27,496 nt of DNA. Source: Clostridia bacterium. Its GTDB lineage: Bacteria; Bacillota; Clostridia; CAKSNL01; HGM11501. How positions within the stretch are numbered: the stretch's first letter is position 1; every line of letters begins with the position of its first letter. Under the pieces are notes generated by a model that had not been told where the DNA came from, did no database searches, and was given only the letters and a program-made list of their open reading frames with translations. A program made the translations under genes and the position numbers. Shown here one piece after another: positions 8,835-19,423 of this stretch. Where the stretch lies: NCBI GenBank assembly GCA_045545475.1, contig JAZQAZ010000046.1:1-27496 (forward strand), given 5' to 3'.

Positions 8835-10635
8835 CTAATTTAAGCACAGCCATAAATGCCTCCTGCGGTACTTCTACACTACCCACCTGACGCATACGCT
8901 TTTTACCTTCTTTTTGTTTTTCAAGAAGTTTCTTCTTTCGTGTTATATCTCCGCCGTAGCACTTTGCAAGTACGTCCTTACGCATTGCCTTTACGGTTTC
9001 TCTTGCTATAATTTTAGAGCCGATTGTCGCCTGTATCGGAATTTCGAAAAGCTGTCTCGGAATAACCTCTTTAAGCTTTTCCGCAATTTTTCTTGCCCTG
9101 CCGTAAGCTTTCTCCTCATGAACAATAAAGGAAAGAGCGTCAACCAGGTCTCCGTTTAGCAATATATCAAGCTTTACAAGCTTGCTTTCCGCATAGCCCT
9201 TAAGTTCATAGTCAAAGGATGCATAACCCTTTGTTCTTGACTTAAGTGCATCGAAAAAGTCATATATAATTTCGTTTAAGGGAAGTTCATAATGAACCTG
9301 TGTTCTTGAATCGTCGATATATGTCATGCTCTTATAGGTTCCTCGTCTTTCCTGACAAAGCTCCATAATCGCACCGACATATTCCGTAGGAGTCATAATG
9401 TCGGCATTTACCATAGGTTCATACATCGCCGCAATTTCAGTGGGTTTCGGAAGATTTGCAGGGTTATCCACCAGCACAACCTCACCGTCACTCTTTTCAA
9501 TACGGTAAATTACACTGGGAGCCGTCGTTACAAGATCAAGATTATACTCCCTTTCCAGTCTTTCCTGAATAACCTCCATGTGTAAAAGTCCCAAGAATCC
9601 GCATCTGAATCCAAATCCCAAAGCCTGAGATGTTTCTGCTTCAAAGGTTAAAGATGCATCGTTTAATTTAAGCTTATCAAGAGCATCACGCAAATCTCCG
9701 TACTTTGAACCGTCAGCGGGATAAATACCGCAGAAAACCATGGGATTTACGTTTTTGTATCCGGGAAGTGGCTCTTTTGCCGGATTCTCTGCAAGAGTTA
9801 CCGTATCACCAACACGGACATCCTGAACACTTTTTATCGAAGCGGTAATATAACCAACCTCTCCGGCCTTTAACTGTGGTGTTGACTTCATTTCTCCCGG
9901 CTTTAAATATCCGGTTTCAACAACGTCAAATTCTTTCCCTGTCGCCATAAATCTTATTCTCTGTCCGGGTTTAACCGAGCCTTCTCTTACTCTGCAATAT
10001 ACAATAACACCACGGTAGCTGTCATAAATTGAGTCGAAAATCATTGCCTGCAACGGTGCATTTTCGTCTCCCTTAGGTGCTGGAATATTTTCAACAACAC
10101 TTTTCAATACCGCTTCTATATTTATTCCGTTTTTCGCCGAAATTCTCGGAGCATCCATAGCGGGAAGACCTATAACATCCTCAATTTCGGATGCAACTTC
10201 TTCAGGCCTTGCTCCCGGAAGGTCAATCTTATTTATAACGGGCATAATTTCAAGGTCCGCATCCAGTGCAAGATAGGTGTTTGCGAGAGTCTGTGCTTCT
10301 ATTCCTTGGGAAGCATCAACCACAAGTACTGCACCCTCACAGGCAGCAAGACTTCTTGATACCTCATAGTTAAAGTCAACGTGACCCGGAGTATCAATCA
10401 AATTAAGCTCGTATGTTTCACCCTCATAATCATAGAAAAGTCTGACAGCGCGGGCCTTAATAGTTATGCCGCGCTCCTTTTCCAGATCCATATCGTCAAG
10501 AATCTGCTCATCCATATCACGCTGTTCAACAGCACCGGTCGCCTCAATAAGACGGTCAGCCAATGTTGACTTGCCGTGGTCGATATGAGCAATTATCGAG
10601 AAATTCCTGATTTTTTCCATTCTTGTTTTTGTCAT
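8827..10635 (-). CDS. lepA: Elongation factor 4 (LepA)
   Basis: [52 protein letters not shown]. Confidence 0.99.
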   Translation of the reverse strand: MTKTRMEKIRNFSIIAHIDHGKSTLADRLIEATGAVEQRDMDEQILDDMDLEKERGITIKARAVRLFYDYEGETYELNLIDTPGHVDFNYEVSRSLAACEGAVLVVDASQGIEAQTLANTYLALDADLEIMPVINKIDLPGARPEEVASEIEDVIGLPAMDAPRISAKNGINIEAVLKSVVENIPAPKGDENAPLQAMIFDSIYDSYRGVIVYCRVREGSVKPGQRIRFMATGKEFDVVETGYLKPGEMKSTPQLKAGEVGYITASIKSVQDVRVGDTVTLAENPAKEPLPGYKNVNPMVFCGIYPADGSKYGDLRDALDKLKLNDASLTFEAETSQALGFGFRCGFLGLLHMEVIQERLEREYNLDLVTTAPSVIYRIEKSDGEVVLVDNPANLPKPTEIAAMYEPMVNADIMTPTEYVGAIMELCQERRGTYKSMTYIDDSRTQVHYELPLNEIIYDFFDALKSRTKGYASFDYELKGYAESKLVKLDILLNGDLVDALSFIVHEEKAYGRARKIAEKLKEVIPRQLFEIPIQATIGSKIIARETVKAMRKDVLAKCYGGDITRKKKLLEKQKEGKKRMRQVGSVEVPQEAFMAVLKLDE

Positions 10636-10657
10636 TTACTTTATCTTCTCTTTCAGA

Positions 10658-11077
10658 TTAAAATTTTCCGTTGTTTTCACGCATAATCGTGCGGTAATCA
10701 AGATCGCCTCGTGCCAAGCTATGTATAAGAGCTTCAGCCGTTGCCACATTTGTTGCCAGCGGCACAGTATGCATATCACAAAGTTTTAAGAGTGACTGCA
10801 TATCAGGCTCATAACTCTGAGCAAAGGGGTCCCTGAAAGATAGCACCATATCTATTTCGTTATATGCTATTCTTGCCGCTATCTGTTCGGATCCGCCTTC
10901 TCTGCCGGGAAGAAATCTGTTTATCTTAAGTCCGGTTGCTTCTTCTATAAGACCGCCGGTAATTCCCGTTGCAAGAAGAGTATGCTTTGCCAGTACACTC
11001 TTATAAGCAAGGCAAAACTCCACCATAAGATCCTTTTTCTTGTCATGTGCAATAAGCGCTATATTCATATTCTCCAT
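10658..11077 (-). CDS. mgsA: Methylglyoxal synthase-like protein with degenerate active site
   Basis: IALIAHDKKK, ATGITG, FRDP, PLATNVATAE indicate the MGS fold; several catalytic positions are substituted (see findings). Confidence 0.8.
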   Translation of the reverse strand: MENMNIALIAHDKKKDLMVEFCLAYKSVLAKHTLLATGITGGLIEEATGLKINRFLPGREGGSEQIAARIAYNEIDMVLSFRDPFAQSYEPDMQSLLKLCDMHTVPLATNVATAEALIHSLARGDLDYRTIMRENNGKF

Positions 11078-11090
11078 CCCTTTCTCTTTA

Positions 11091-11873
11091 TTATCTGTAT
11101 TTTTTCTTAAACAGGCGTTTTTTATTAAGATTCAAAAGTTTTACGCTTTCACCGTTAAGTCTTCGTGCGATATTTTTAATCGCCTTACCTGCGGGAGATT
11201 TCCTGTCCGTCACGCAAAGAGTTGACTCATATGCATTTATCAGAACTCTGGGGTCCTCCGGAATAATTCCGATAAGTTTAACCGCAACAGTGAAAAGAGT
11301 TTCTTCTGCTCCTGCCGTCTTTCCTATGTCAGCCAGTTCAGGAATCAATCTGTTTACCAAAAGGTGTGTTTCCTTTACATTCGGATATCCTTCTTCAATC
11401 AGGCCTGCCACTCGGTCAGCATCTCTTATGGCAGCTCTGTCCGGAACCGCCACAATTATAGCTTCATCCGCAGGATAAAGAGCACATTTGAAACCGTATT
11501 CGATTCCTGCCGGGCAGTCTATCAGGATATAATCAAATCTGTTTTTCTGTTCAAGGCAGAATTCCTTGAATTTTTCCAGCTGCAGTTCCTCTTTTTCCTT
11601 TGTCTGGGATGCAGGAATCATATACAGGCATTTGAACACCTCATGTTGTATGAATGCATCCTCAGGCTGTGCAGAACCTTCAAGCACATCTATCACATCG
11701 TAAAGTACTTTGTCCTCAAAACCAAGTAAAATATCAAGATTCCGAAGGCCTGTATCTGTATCAATCATTAAAACCCGCTTCCCGGTAAGGGCAAGAGCCA
11801 CGCCTAAGTTTGCCGTAACAGTGGTTTTACCCACTCCGCCTTTACCTGAAGTTACAACTATTACCTTTCCCAA
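11091..11873 (-). CDS. minD: Septum site-determining ATPase MinD
   Basis: VVTSGKGGVGKTT, DTDTGLRNLD, IDCPAGIE, IRDADR. The start is placed at TTG 11873 behind an AAGGAGGGT RBS. Confidence 0.95.
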   Translation of the reverse strand: MGKVIVVTSGKGGVGKTTVTANLGVALALTGKRVLMIDTDTGLRNLDILLGFEDKVLYDVIDVLEGSAQPEDAFIQHEVFKCLYMIPASQTKEKEELQLEKFKEFCLEQKNRFDYILIDCPAGIEYGFKCALYPADEAIIVAVPDRAAIRDADRVAGLIEEGYPNVKETHLLVNRLIPELADIGKTAGAEETLFTVAVKLIGIIPEDPRVLINAYESTLCVTDRKSPAGKAIKNIARRLNGESVKLLNLNKKRLFKKKYR

Positions 11874-11886
11874 TATTTTACCCTCC

Positions 11887-13905
11887 TTAGTATAATTTGT
11901 CAATCCCAAGGGTAAGCTCAGGTGAGTTTTCTGCATTGAGATATGCGTCGATTATCGCTTTTGCAACAGGTCCGCAATATGATCCGCCACCGCTTCTTTC
12001 AATTACAACAGCAACTGCGATTTTCGGATTTTCATAGGGGGCATACGCAACAAAAAGACCGTTATCGCTTCCGCCGTAAACCTCTGCAGTACCGGTTTTT
12101 GCCGCAACCTTTATAGGATAATCCTCAAAGTATAAAGATGCAGTACCGGAAAGTGCAACAAGCCTCATACCATATCTCACAGCATCAAGATTTTCCTGTG
12201 TTAATGTAATTCTGTCATTTTCCTTTATTTCGGTAAGGCTTATCACTTCTTTTCCTCCATAGGAATAAATGCCCTTGACCAGATGCGGAGTATATCTTAC
12301 ACCGCCGGATGCAATCTGCGACACGTAAGATGCCAGCTGAATCGGAGTAAATTTATTGTCATCCTGCCCTATCGCCGCCTGAAGAGTATAACCTTCATAC
12401 CACGGTTCATCTCTCAGTGCCTTTGTTTCAGGCGAAGCCACGGTTCCCGTTTCTTCCGGCAACTCTATCCCAGTGCTTTTTCCCAAGCCGAATTTATCGG
12501 CATATTCAACCATCTTATCAATTCCAAGTTGATATCCTGCTGTATAGAAAAAGTAGTTACAAGAATCCTTTATAGCAGTCGACACATTTACAAATCCGTG
12601 GTCGTGCAAACATTTAAAGTGTCCTTGCCCAAGCTTATATATAACTTCATCCTTTATAAGAGTATCAGGAAGAATCACCTTTTCTTCAAGAGCTGCTATT
12701 CCCACAAGCATTTTATATGTTGAACCCGGAGAATAAGTTCCCGAAAGTGCTCTGTTAAACAAAGGATTATTTCTGTCAGAAATAAGCTTTGAATAGTTCT
12801 TATTGTAATCCTCAATCGAATAGTCAGGATATGATGCCATACAAATCACTTCACCGGTTTCAACATCTATTGCAACTGCAGCACCGCCTGCCACATCAGC
12901 ACCATAACCTCGTTCTTCATGTTTTGAATAAATCTCCGCTACGGTCTCTTTCAAAGCCTTTTCCGCTGCTTTTTGTACATCAAGATCAATTGTAAGATAT
13001 ACAGAATTTCCGCTTTCTGCCGGAACAGCTTCAGTAAGTGCAACATAATGTCCGTTTTCGTCCTGCTCCGCAACCATACGGCCGTTTTTTCCGCGAAGAT
13101 TCTTTTCAAGATATTTTTCAAGGCCTTCTTTTCCGATATAATCATTCATTCCGTATCCTTCGGTTTTAAGTTCAGAATATTCAGTATCGCTTATAAGGCC
13201 TGTCCTTCCTAAAATATGAGCCCCGAGATTTCCGTGAGGATATTCTCTCACAGGCTTTGTCATTATGTTTACGCCACGGTACTCATCATAATGTTCTTTA
13301 ATTGAAACAACGGTGTCTTTTGAAACATCGCCTGCCAGAGTGTATGATATATTTGTCGAAAAGCCTCTTATCAACATAGTGTATCTTACACCGACGATAA
13401 GTCTGGTTTCGGCATCTGTATATTTTTTGTCCACGTTGAAAAGTAATGCATAATGTTCAACCGTTTCAGCTGCTGTATAATCCTCCGGGATATTCATTTC
13501 CTTTTTCCATGAAGCTTCAGCTTTTCCCTCTTCGTCAGAAAATGTGAAAGCATACGGTCTTTTATCCGTAACAGGAAGTTCATCCGATGAAGGAGTTTCT
13601 TCATTGCTTTTAAAAACGGCATGTGTTTTTAAGATTATCTCGTTTATTTCTGCATCATCCATACCTTTTACACGCTGAAATTCAACAGAAAAGCCCATTC
13701 TGTTTCCAACGATTACTCTTCCGTATCTGTCATATATTTCACCACGAGGAGCACTTATGCTTACAGTTCTCTGGGTTCTGGACAAGCTCTTTTCATAGTT
13801 TTCTTTTCCGTTTACAATCTGTAAGACAGAAAGTCTAATAATAGCTATTATCGCAAATATTATAAGGACTGCGTATAAAACAATATATCGTTTTCTATTA
13901 TCCAT
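11887..13905 (-). CDS. mrdA: Class B penicillin-binding protein 2
   Basis: N-terminal TM anchor, APRGEIYDR, SxxK (STYK), SxN (SCN) and KTG motifs; follows mreD. Confidence 0.93.
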   Translation of the reverse strand: MDNRKRYIVLYAVLIIFAIIAIIRLSVLQIVNGKENYEKSLSRTQRTVSISAPRGEIYDRYGRVIVGNRMGFSVEFQRVKGMDDAEINEIILKTHAVFKSNEETPSSDELPVTDKRPYAFTFSDEEGKAEASWKKEMNIPEDYTAAETVEHYALLFNVDKKYTDAETRLIVGVRYTMLIRGFSTNISYTLAGDVSKDTVVSIKEHYDEYRGVNIMTKPVREYPHGNLGAHILGRTGLISDTEYSELKTEGYGMNDYIGKEGLEKYLEKNLRGKNGRMVAEQDENGHYVALTEAVPAESGNSVYLTIDLDVQKAAEKALKETVAEIYSKHEERGYGADVAGGAAVAIDVETGEVICMASYPDYSIEDYNKNYSKLISDRNNPLFNRALSGTYSPGSTYKMLVGIAALEEKVILPDTLIKDEVIYKLGQGHFKCLHDHGFVNVSTAIKDSCNYFFYTAGYQLGIDKMVEYADKFGLGKSTGIELPEETGTVASPETKALRDEPWYEGYTLQAAIGQDDNKFTPIQLASYVSQIASGGVRYTPHLVKGIYSYGGKEVISLTEIKENDRITLTQENLDAVRYGMRLVALSGTASLYFEDYPIKVAAKTGTAEVYGGSDNGLFVAYAPYENPKIAVAVVIERSGGGSYCGPVAKAIIDAYLNAENSPELTLGIDKLY

Positions 13906-14413
13906 CTATACGCACCTCCTGTTTTTGCCTGTGGATTTTTCTGGCGAAATAAAAAACAGGAATACAAACAATGCCGTTATAAACACATCTTGTAACAAGG
14001 ATTTTAAAAACTTCGCCCGAAATAACCGCCTCGTTCCAAATGGCTGTATTTATAATAAGCAGCAGCGATTCGTAAAGTATTGATGATAAAAAGCAATACA
14101 AAATTACTACCCACATACTTTCGGTAAATATGTACCTGTTAAGAAAAATGTATATGCACACAAACAAAATCAGTAAAAGAGTTGTTATTCCGTAGATTTT
14201 TCCGAAAATCAAGTCCGTCAACGTTCCGAATATAACACTGTAGGAAACAACCTCAGTGTCTTTAAGGAAAAGTGCATACACAAACAATAAAACAAAAACA
14301 ATATTAGGCACTGTTTCGCCTACCTCAAATCTCTTTATTACAGGACTGCTTTGAAAAAAGAATGCAATAAAAAGCAATATAAAATGCGTAATGCCGTATA
14401 ATTTTGTTTTCAT
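13898..14413 (-). CDS. mreD: Rod shape-determining protein MreD
   Basis: Multi-TM protein with GTLTDLIFG; lies between mreC and the PBP2 gene. Confidence 0.85.
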   Translation of the reverse strand: MKTKLYGITHFILLFIAFFFQSSPVIKRFEVGETVPNIVFVLLFVYALFLKDTEVVSYSVIFGTLTDLIFGKIYGITTLLLILFVCIYIFLNRYIFTESMWVVILYCFLSSILYESLLLIINTAIWNEAVISGEVFKILVTRCVYNGIVCIPVFYFARKIHRQKQEVRIDG

Positions 14414-14436
14414 CTGCAGTCCTCCCTTTCGTTAGA

Positions 14437-15246
14437 TTATTCTCTATATGTTGATGTTATAATTATTACTTCCTTAGGGGATTTAATGTTTCCCGTAGGC
14501 TCTACTATAGCGGTTCTCGAAAGATCCTCGTCTTTTATTTCCTTTACTCTGCCTATTGTAAGCCCCGAAGGATAAACGTCACCGCTACCCGATGTTATAA
14601 TGTAGTCCCCGGGCGTTATATTTGCTTCCTTTGACACTGATGTCATTTTACACATTCCGTTAAGAAGTGAATCCCCCTCTATAATGCCTGTCTCTCCCGT
14701 ACGGCTTACTTCCGCACCGCAGGCCGTACCGGGTTCTGCAATCGTCATAACACGAGCCCAGGTGGAGCCAACCTCGTCGACTTTCCCCAAAACTCCTCCG
14801 GAATCCATAGCAACACAGTTTTTGCTTATTCCGTCTTTTTCTCCTTTATCTATTATAAAATAGGTATACCAACCCGATGGGTCAACTGCAATGACAGATG
14901 CTGCGGTTGTATCGAAATCCCTGTACTTTTCGCTTAAATCCACTAAAGAGCGAAGGCGTTCGTTTTCTGATAATATCTCATCACTTTCCGTAACCTTGCC
15001 CTCTAAAAGCATAACTTTTGATTTCAAAGCAGCATTTTCTTTTTTAAGCTCGTCCATATCCTTAAAATAGTCAAACCCATATTCAATCACATTATCGATT
15101 CCCACGAAAAGCTGTTGAAAGGGTTTTGCAATTATTCCGGCAACATCACCTATGATACTGCTTTTGTCTTTTTCAATAGTGCTTACAGCCATCGAAACGA
15201 AAACAACAATTACGATTACTGCAAGCCACACTAATTTCTTTTTCAA
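14437..15246 (-). CDS. mreC: Rod shape-determining protein MreC
   Basis: TM helix, coiled coil ENERLRSL, IIDKGEKDGI, TSGSGDVYPSGLTIG. Confidence 0.95.
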   Translation of the reverse strand: MKKKLVWLAVIVIVVFVSMAVSTIEKDKSSIIGDVAGIIAKPFQQLFVGIDNVIEYGFDYFKDMDELKKENAALKSKVMLLEGKVTESDEILSENERLRSLVDLSEKYRDFDTTAASVIAVDPSGWYTYFIIDKGEKDGISKNCVAMDSGGVLGKVDEVGSTWARVMTIAEPGTACGAEVSRTGETGIIEGDSLLNGMCKMTSVSKEANITPGDYIITSGSGDVYPSGLTIGRVKEIKDEDLSRTAIVEPTGNIKSPKEVIIITSTYRE

Positions 15247-15262
15247 GAAAATCCCTCGCTAA

Positions 15263-16285
15263 TCACTTATTCTTTTTAACGACGTTTTTAAATCCCTTAA
15301 TTTCCCCCGAATCCTTCATGAGGGCACCCATGCCCTCCACGGCACAGGTTATGGGATTTTCCGCCACCGTAACTTTAAGACCGGTTTCCGCTGCCAGAAA
15401 TTCGTCCAGTCCTTTCAGCTTACTCACTCCACCGGTGAGGTAAATTCCTCCCGATGTAATATCTCCGGTAAGCTCAGGAGGCGTTTTTTCAAGCACCTTC
15501 CTTATACATTCAAGAATCGCAGACACCTGATCGGACAAGGCCTCTCGTATTTGTTCAGGGGTTATCGACATGGTTTTAGGAAGTCCCGTAACCAGATCTC
15601 TCCCTTTAAAGCTCATGGCACTTTCGCCCTCATAGGCTGCTGCAGAACCAATTGTATTTTTAATTTCGCTTGCTGTAGGAAGTCCGATAAGCAAGGAATA
15701 GTTTTTTCTAATATAATTTATTATGGCATTATCCATATCATCGCCGCTGATTCTTATAGATCCGCTTGCAGACACACCCATAAGCGAAATTACCGACACT
15801 TCGCAGGTACCTCCGCCGATATCAACTATAATATTAGCTTCTCTGGCTTCTACGGAAAGCCCCATTCCCTTTGCCGAAGCGATAGGTTCATCTACAACCG
15901 TAACCTGGCGTGCACCGCATCCCAACGCCACATCCTCCACGGCACGTTTTTCAACCTCGGTTGCCTCGTAAGGAACGCCTATTGCTATCTTTGCACCGAA
16001 AAAGCCACGATGCTTAACCGTTTTTTCAAGAAAGCTTTTAAGCATAAACTCCGCCATGTGATAATCCGCTATAACCCCATCTCTTAAAGGATGTATAACT
16101 TCAATATACGAAGGAGTTCTTCCAAGCATTTCTCTTGCTTCGTTTCCTACTCTGATAACCTTCTTCTGTCTTGTATCATAGGCAACGGCAGAAGCCTCGT
16201 TCAATAGGATTCCGTGACCCTTTAAGTATATTCTTGTATTTGTTGTGCCAAGATCTATTGCGATGTTTTTTGAAAAGAAAGGCAT
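15263..16285 (-). CDS. mreB: Rod shape-determining protein MreB
   Basis: IDLGTTNT, PLRDGVIAD, VDIGGGT, LTGG actin-fold motifs; heads mreCD. Confidence 0.95.
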   Translation of the reverse strand: MPFFSKNIAIDLGTTNTRIYLKGHGILLNEASAVAYDTRQKKVIRVGNEAREMLGRTPSYIEVIHPLRDGVIADYHMAEFMLKSFLEKTVKHRGFFGAKIAIGVPYEATEVEKRAVEDVALGCGARQVTVVDEPIASAKGMGLSVEAREANIIVDIGGGTCEVSVISLMGVSASGSIRISGDDMDNAIINYIRKNYSLLIGLPTASEIKNTIGSAAAYEGESAMSFKGRDLVTGLPKTMSITPEQIREALSDQVSAILECIRKVLEKTPPELTGDITSGGIYLTGGVSKLKGLDEFLAAETGLKVTVAENPITCAVEGMGALMKDSGEIKGFKNVVKKNK

Positions 16286-16288
16286 TTT

Positions 16289-16867
16289 TTATCTCCCTTC
16301 AAAGATAAACTCTTCTTTAAGTAAATTTATAAGTGCTTCTTTAGGAAGGCCTACGACATTGGAAAATTCTCCATCGATTCCTTCCACAAACTTTCCCCCA
16401 TCGTCCTGTATGCCGTATGCCCCTGCCTTATCTTTTGGCGAGCCACCGGCTATGTATATATCAATTTCATCATCCGTAAGGTTTCTGAAGGTAACTTTAG
16501 TTTCAGCACATTTGGCTACGGTTTTTCCTGTTTTCGTGTCAGACACGCAATATCCCGTGTACACGGAATGAGTATTCCCCGAAAGCATTTTAAGCATTCT
16601 TTTAGCGTCATCATCGTCTGTCGGTTTACCAAGTATTTTTTCACCCAATGCCACAACCGTATCAGCCGCTATAACAAGGCTTTCCTCTCCGACATGAGTT
16701 TTTGCAATATGTGCCGCCTTAAGAAGCGAAAGCTCCCTTACCAGAGTAGCCGGACTTTCCACACCGATGTTTTCATCAATATCTGCAGGCTCAACAGTAA
16801 ACTCAAGTCCCATTTCGGTTAATATATCTTTTCTTCTGGGGGACATTGATGCAAGTATATATTTCAT
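16289..16867 (-). CDS. maf: Maf family nucleoside triphosphate pyrophosphatase
   Basis: ILASMSPRR, IAADTVV, LGKP, DKAGAYGIQ, NVVGLP. Confidence 0.96.
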   Translation of the reverse strand: MKYILASMSPRRKDILTEMGLEFTVEPADIDENIGVESPATLVRELSLLKAAHIAKTHVGEESLVIAADTVVALGEKILGKPTDDDDAKRMLKMLSGNTHSVYTGYCVSDTKTGKTVAKCAETKVTFRNLTDDEIDIYIAGGSPKDKAGAYGIQDDGGKFVEGIDGEFSNVVGLPKEALINLLKEEFIFEGR

Positions 16868-16884
16868 AATATCAACTCCGGATT

Positions 16885-17322
16885 TTATACTCCGGTGGAG
16901 CCGAAGCCTCCGCCTGCTCTTTCGGTTTCGGAAAGCTCGTCCGCCTCTATAAGTATTGCCTGAATTACGGGAGATATAACCATCTGTGCAATTCTGTCAC
17001 CGTTTTTAATTTCAAAAGGTTCATCGGAAAGGTTAACGAGTGCCACCTTCACTTCTCCTCTGTAATCCGAGTCAATTACGCCCACGCAATTCGGAAGGGT
17101 TATTCCTTTTTTGGAAGCAAGACCGCTTCTTGCATAAAGATAAGCAGCAAATCCTTCAGGGACAGCAATAGCAAACCCTGTAGGTATAAGCTTACGCTCC
17201 ATAGGCTTTAATATTATATCTTCTGTTAAGCATGCGGAAATATCCATTCCCGCTGCACCTTCAGTCTGATATGAAGGAAGATTTACTCCCTCCGCCAGTT
17301 TCTTTATTTTAACTTCAAACAT
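16885..17322 (-). CDS. dut: Trimeric dUTPase
   Basis: AAGMD, ARSGLA, GVIDSDYRGE, DRIAQ, RAGGGFGSTG. Confidence 0.98.
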   Translation of the reverse strand: MFEVKIKKLAEGVNLPSYQTEGAAGMDISACLTEDIILKPMERKLIPTGFAIAVPEGFAAYLYARSGLASKKGITLPNCVGVIDSDYRGEVKVALVNLSDEPFEIKNGDRIAQMVISPVIQAILIEADELSETERAGGGFGSTGV

Positions 17323-17355
17323 TTATTACTCCTCCAAAAAACAATACTCTCTGTT

Positions 17356-17384
17356 ATTTTACCACAAATCGGAAAATTTTTAAA
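17356..17384 (-). promoter_or_regulatory. Probable promoter of the dut-maf-mre operon
   Basis: Extended -10 TGgTAAAAT (-10 at 17361-17356) with TTTAAA 17 bp upstream. Confidence 0.5.
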
Positions 17385-17397
17385 GCTTTTTTTGTTG

Positions 17398-19410
17398 TCA
17401 TTTATAAAAATATCCTCTGGTGTAATTTTTCGGCGTCAAAGCCTTTTCTTCATCTGTATACATTCTGTAAATCTTCACACATTCTTCGGGACTTTCTTTC
17501 GTAAACATAAGCCGTATTCCCGATATTTTACTGTTTTTCAATTCAGAAATCCTGTCTGCCATAAAAATCGGCACGCTGTTATAAAGAGTATTGAACTCTC
17601 CATCGGATTTTACGAAAAACTTTACATCTTTTCTGTCCTTTAAATATATGCTCTTTTCGCAGGAGGCACATCCTTTTCCGTCACACTTGCCTGCCGTTTT
17701 TATTACGCAGTTTCTGCTTTTCATCAAAGGAAGATAGCCGTAGGCAAAAGCAAGGCAAGGCATTTTATCCGCAATATTTTTTATCTGCTTAAGATTAAGC
17801 TCAGCTGAAAGTACGGCTTTTTCAAACCTCGCTGCAGAATATGCATTGGAAATATTCATGCTGTAGTCAGCTATCACTTTCTTTCCCATTTTTATACCGT
17901 ACTCTGCCGCACCGATGCTTCCTGCAAGGATATATTCTTCCTCTATTCTTTCAGGCAGCTTTCCGTAAACCGCAGGAATGTAAACGCCCTTCGCCTGAGT
18001 TTTTCCCGTAAGGCTATAAGGAACAAAAACATTTTCCGCTCCTTCTTCTATAAGGGCTTCTGCCTGCTCAATGGTTTCTGCCGTTATATACACTGAAAAC
18101 TCTTCTTTTTCACTTTCCTTAATTAAGGGCAGTTCCACATCTCCAGCAAACACCCTTGTTTTCTCACGCATTCCGGAAAGCTTCTCTGTCGCCTCACGCC
18201 TTAAAGCATTAAGTGCAGAGGTCTTGAAATAAGCATCTGTTTTTATATCTGCCGTAAAGCTTTCCGCCACATAAGGCGTTGCACCGAGCTTTGTAAGCTG
18301 AGCTTTGGAAAATTCTTCGTCAATCGCTTTTCCCGTTCCGCTTTTGTCCGTTTCGCACATTACCGCCACATAATTTTCTCCGTCACTTAAAGTAAGGCTT
18401 GTTTCTTCATCAAAAACAGAAAAGCTCATATCCACCGGAATTTTCTTTATTTCTTTGCCGTCTTCCCATAGGTGCTTAAGCTCCTTTATAAGAGCGGCAT
18501 CGTTGGTTTTTAATACATCGTCGTTAGATGATGTGATATTCATCATCCCGACACCCTTTATGCCACCGTAGCACCCTTTTGTAAATTCACCGCCGCGGGA
18601 AAAGGCACGGACTAATCTTTCTTTGTCTTCCTCGTCGGCATAGCCTCTGTCTATGGTTTTTCTGAATGCGGTAACAGCACTTGCCACATATGAAGGGCCT
18701 TTCATTCTGCCTTCAATTTTAAGGGATGATACACCCATTTTAATAAGGTCCGGAATTTCAGAAAGCAAGCTTAAATCACGAGGACTTAGGAAGTATCCGC
18801 TTTTTCCCTCTATACTGTAAGGAAGGCGGCAGGGCTGGGCACATTCCCCTCTATTTGCACTTCTTCCGCCAAGGAAGCTGCTCATTAAGCACTGCCCAGA
18901 ATAACTCATACAAATGGCCCCGTGGCAGAAAACCTCAAGCTCCATTCCGCTAGTCTTAGCCATATCAGCAATTTCCGCCTTTCGACACTCCCTTGAAAGC
19001 ACAGCACGCTTAATTCCCATTTTCTTAAGATAGTCAAGACCGTTTTCATCAAACACCGTCATCTGAGTGCTTCCGTGAACCGGAGCATCAAAGTTTTCAG
19101 AAAGTGCCTGACACAAACCTAAGTCCTGAACTATATATGCGTCTATTCCGCTTTCATAAGCCTCCTTCGCAACGCTTAAGGCTTCACAAAATTCATTATC
19201 GTGAATAAGAGTGTTAATGGCAAGATAGACCTTTACGCCTCTTATATGGCAATAGCTTACGGCTCTTTTAAGCTCATCGGAATCAAAATTTATTGCATTT
19301 TGCCTCGCACTGAAGCGTGATGCCCCAATATAAACCGCATCGGCACCCGAAGATACCGCCGCTTTTACGGCATCAAAGCTTCCGCCCGGAGCAAGAAGCT
19401 CTATCCCCAT
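17398..19410 (-). CDS. U32 family protein with long C-terminal extension (RlhA-like RNA hydroxylase type)
   Basis: ELLAPGG, GADAVY, HGSTQM, CMSYSGQC...NRGECAQPCR, LKIEGRMK; 670 aa. Confidence 0.9.
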   Translation of the reverse strand: MGIELLAPGGSFDAVKAAVSSGADAVYIGASRFSARQNAINFDSDELKRAVSYCHIRGVKVYLAINTLIHDNEFCEALSVAKEAYESGIDAYIVQDLGLCQALSENFDAPVHGSTQMTVFDENGLDYLKKMGIKRAVLSRECRKAEIADMAKTSGMELEVFCHGAICMSYSGQCLMSSFLGGRSANRGECAQPCRLPYSIEGKSGYFLSPRDLSLLSEIPDLIKMGVSSLKIEGRMKGPSYVASAVTAFRKTIDRGYADEEDKERLVRAFSRGGEFTKGCYGGIKGVGMMNITSSNDDVLKTNDAALIKELKHLWEDGKEIKKIPVDMSFSVFDEETSLTLSDGENYVAVMCETDKSGTGKAIDEEFSKAQLTKLGATPYVAESFTADIKTDAYFKTSALNALRREATEKLSGMREKTRVFAGDVELPLIKESEKEEFSVYITAETIEQAEALIEEGAENVFVPYSLTGKTQAKGVYIPAVYGKLPERIEEEYILAGSIGAAEYGIKMGKKVIADYSMNISNAYSAARFEKAVLSAELNLKQIKNIADKMPCLAFAYGYLPLMKSRNCVIKTAGKCDGKGCASCEKSIYLKDRKDVKFFVKSDGEFNTLYNSVPIFMADRISELKNSKISGIRLMFTKESPEECVKIYRMYTDEEKALTPKNYTRGYFYK

Positions 19411-19423
19411 AATAGCACTCCTT

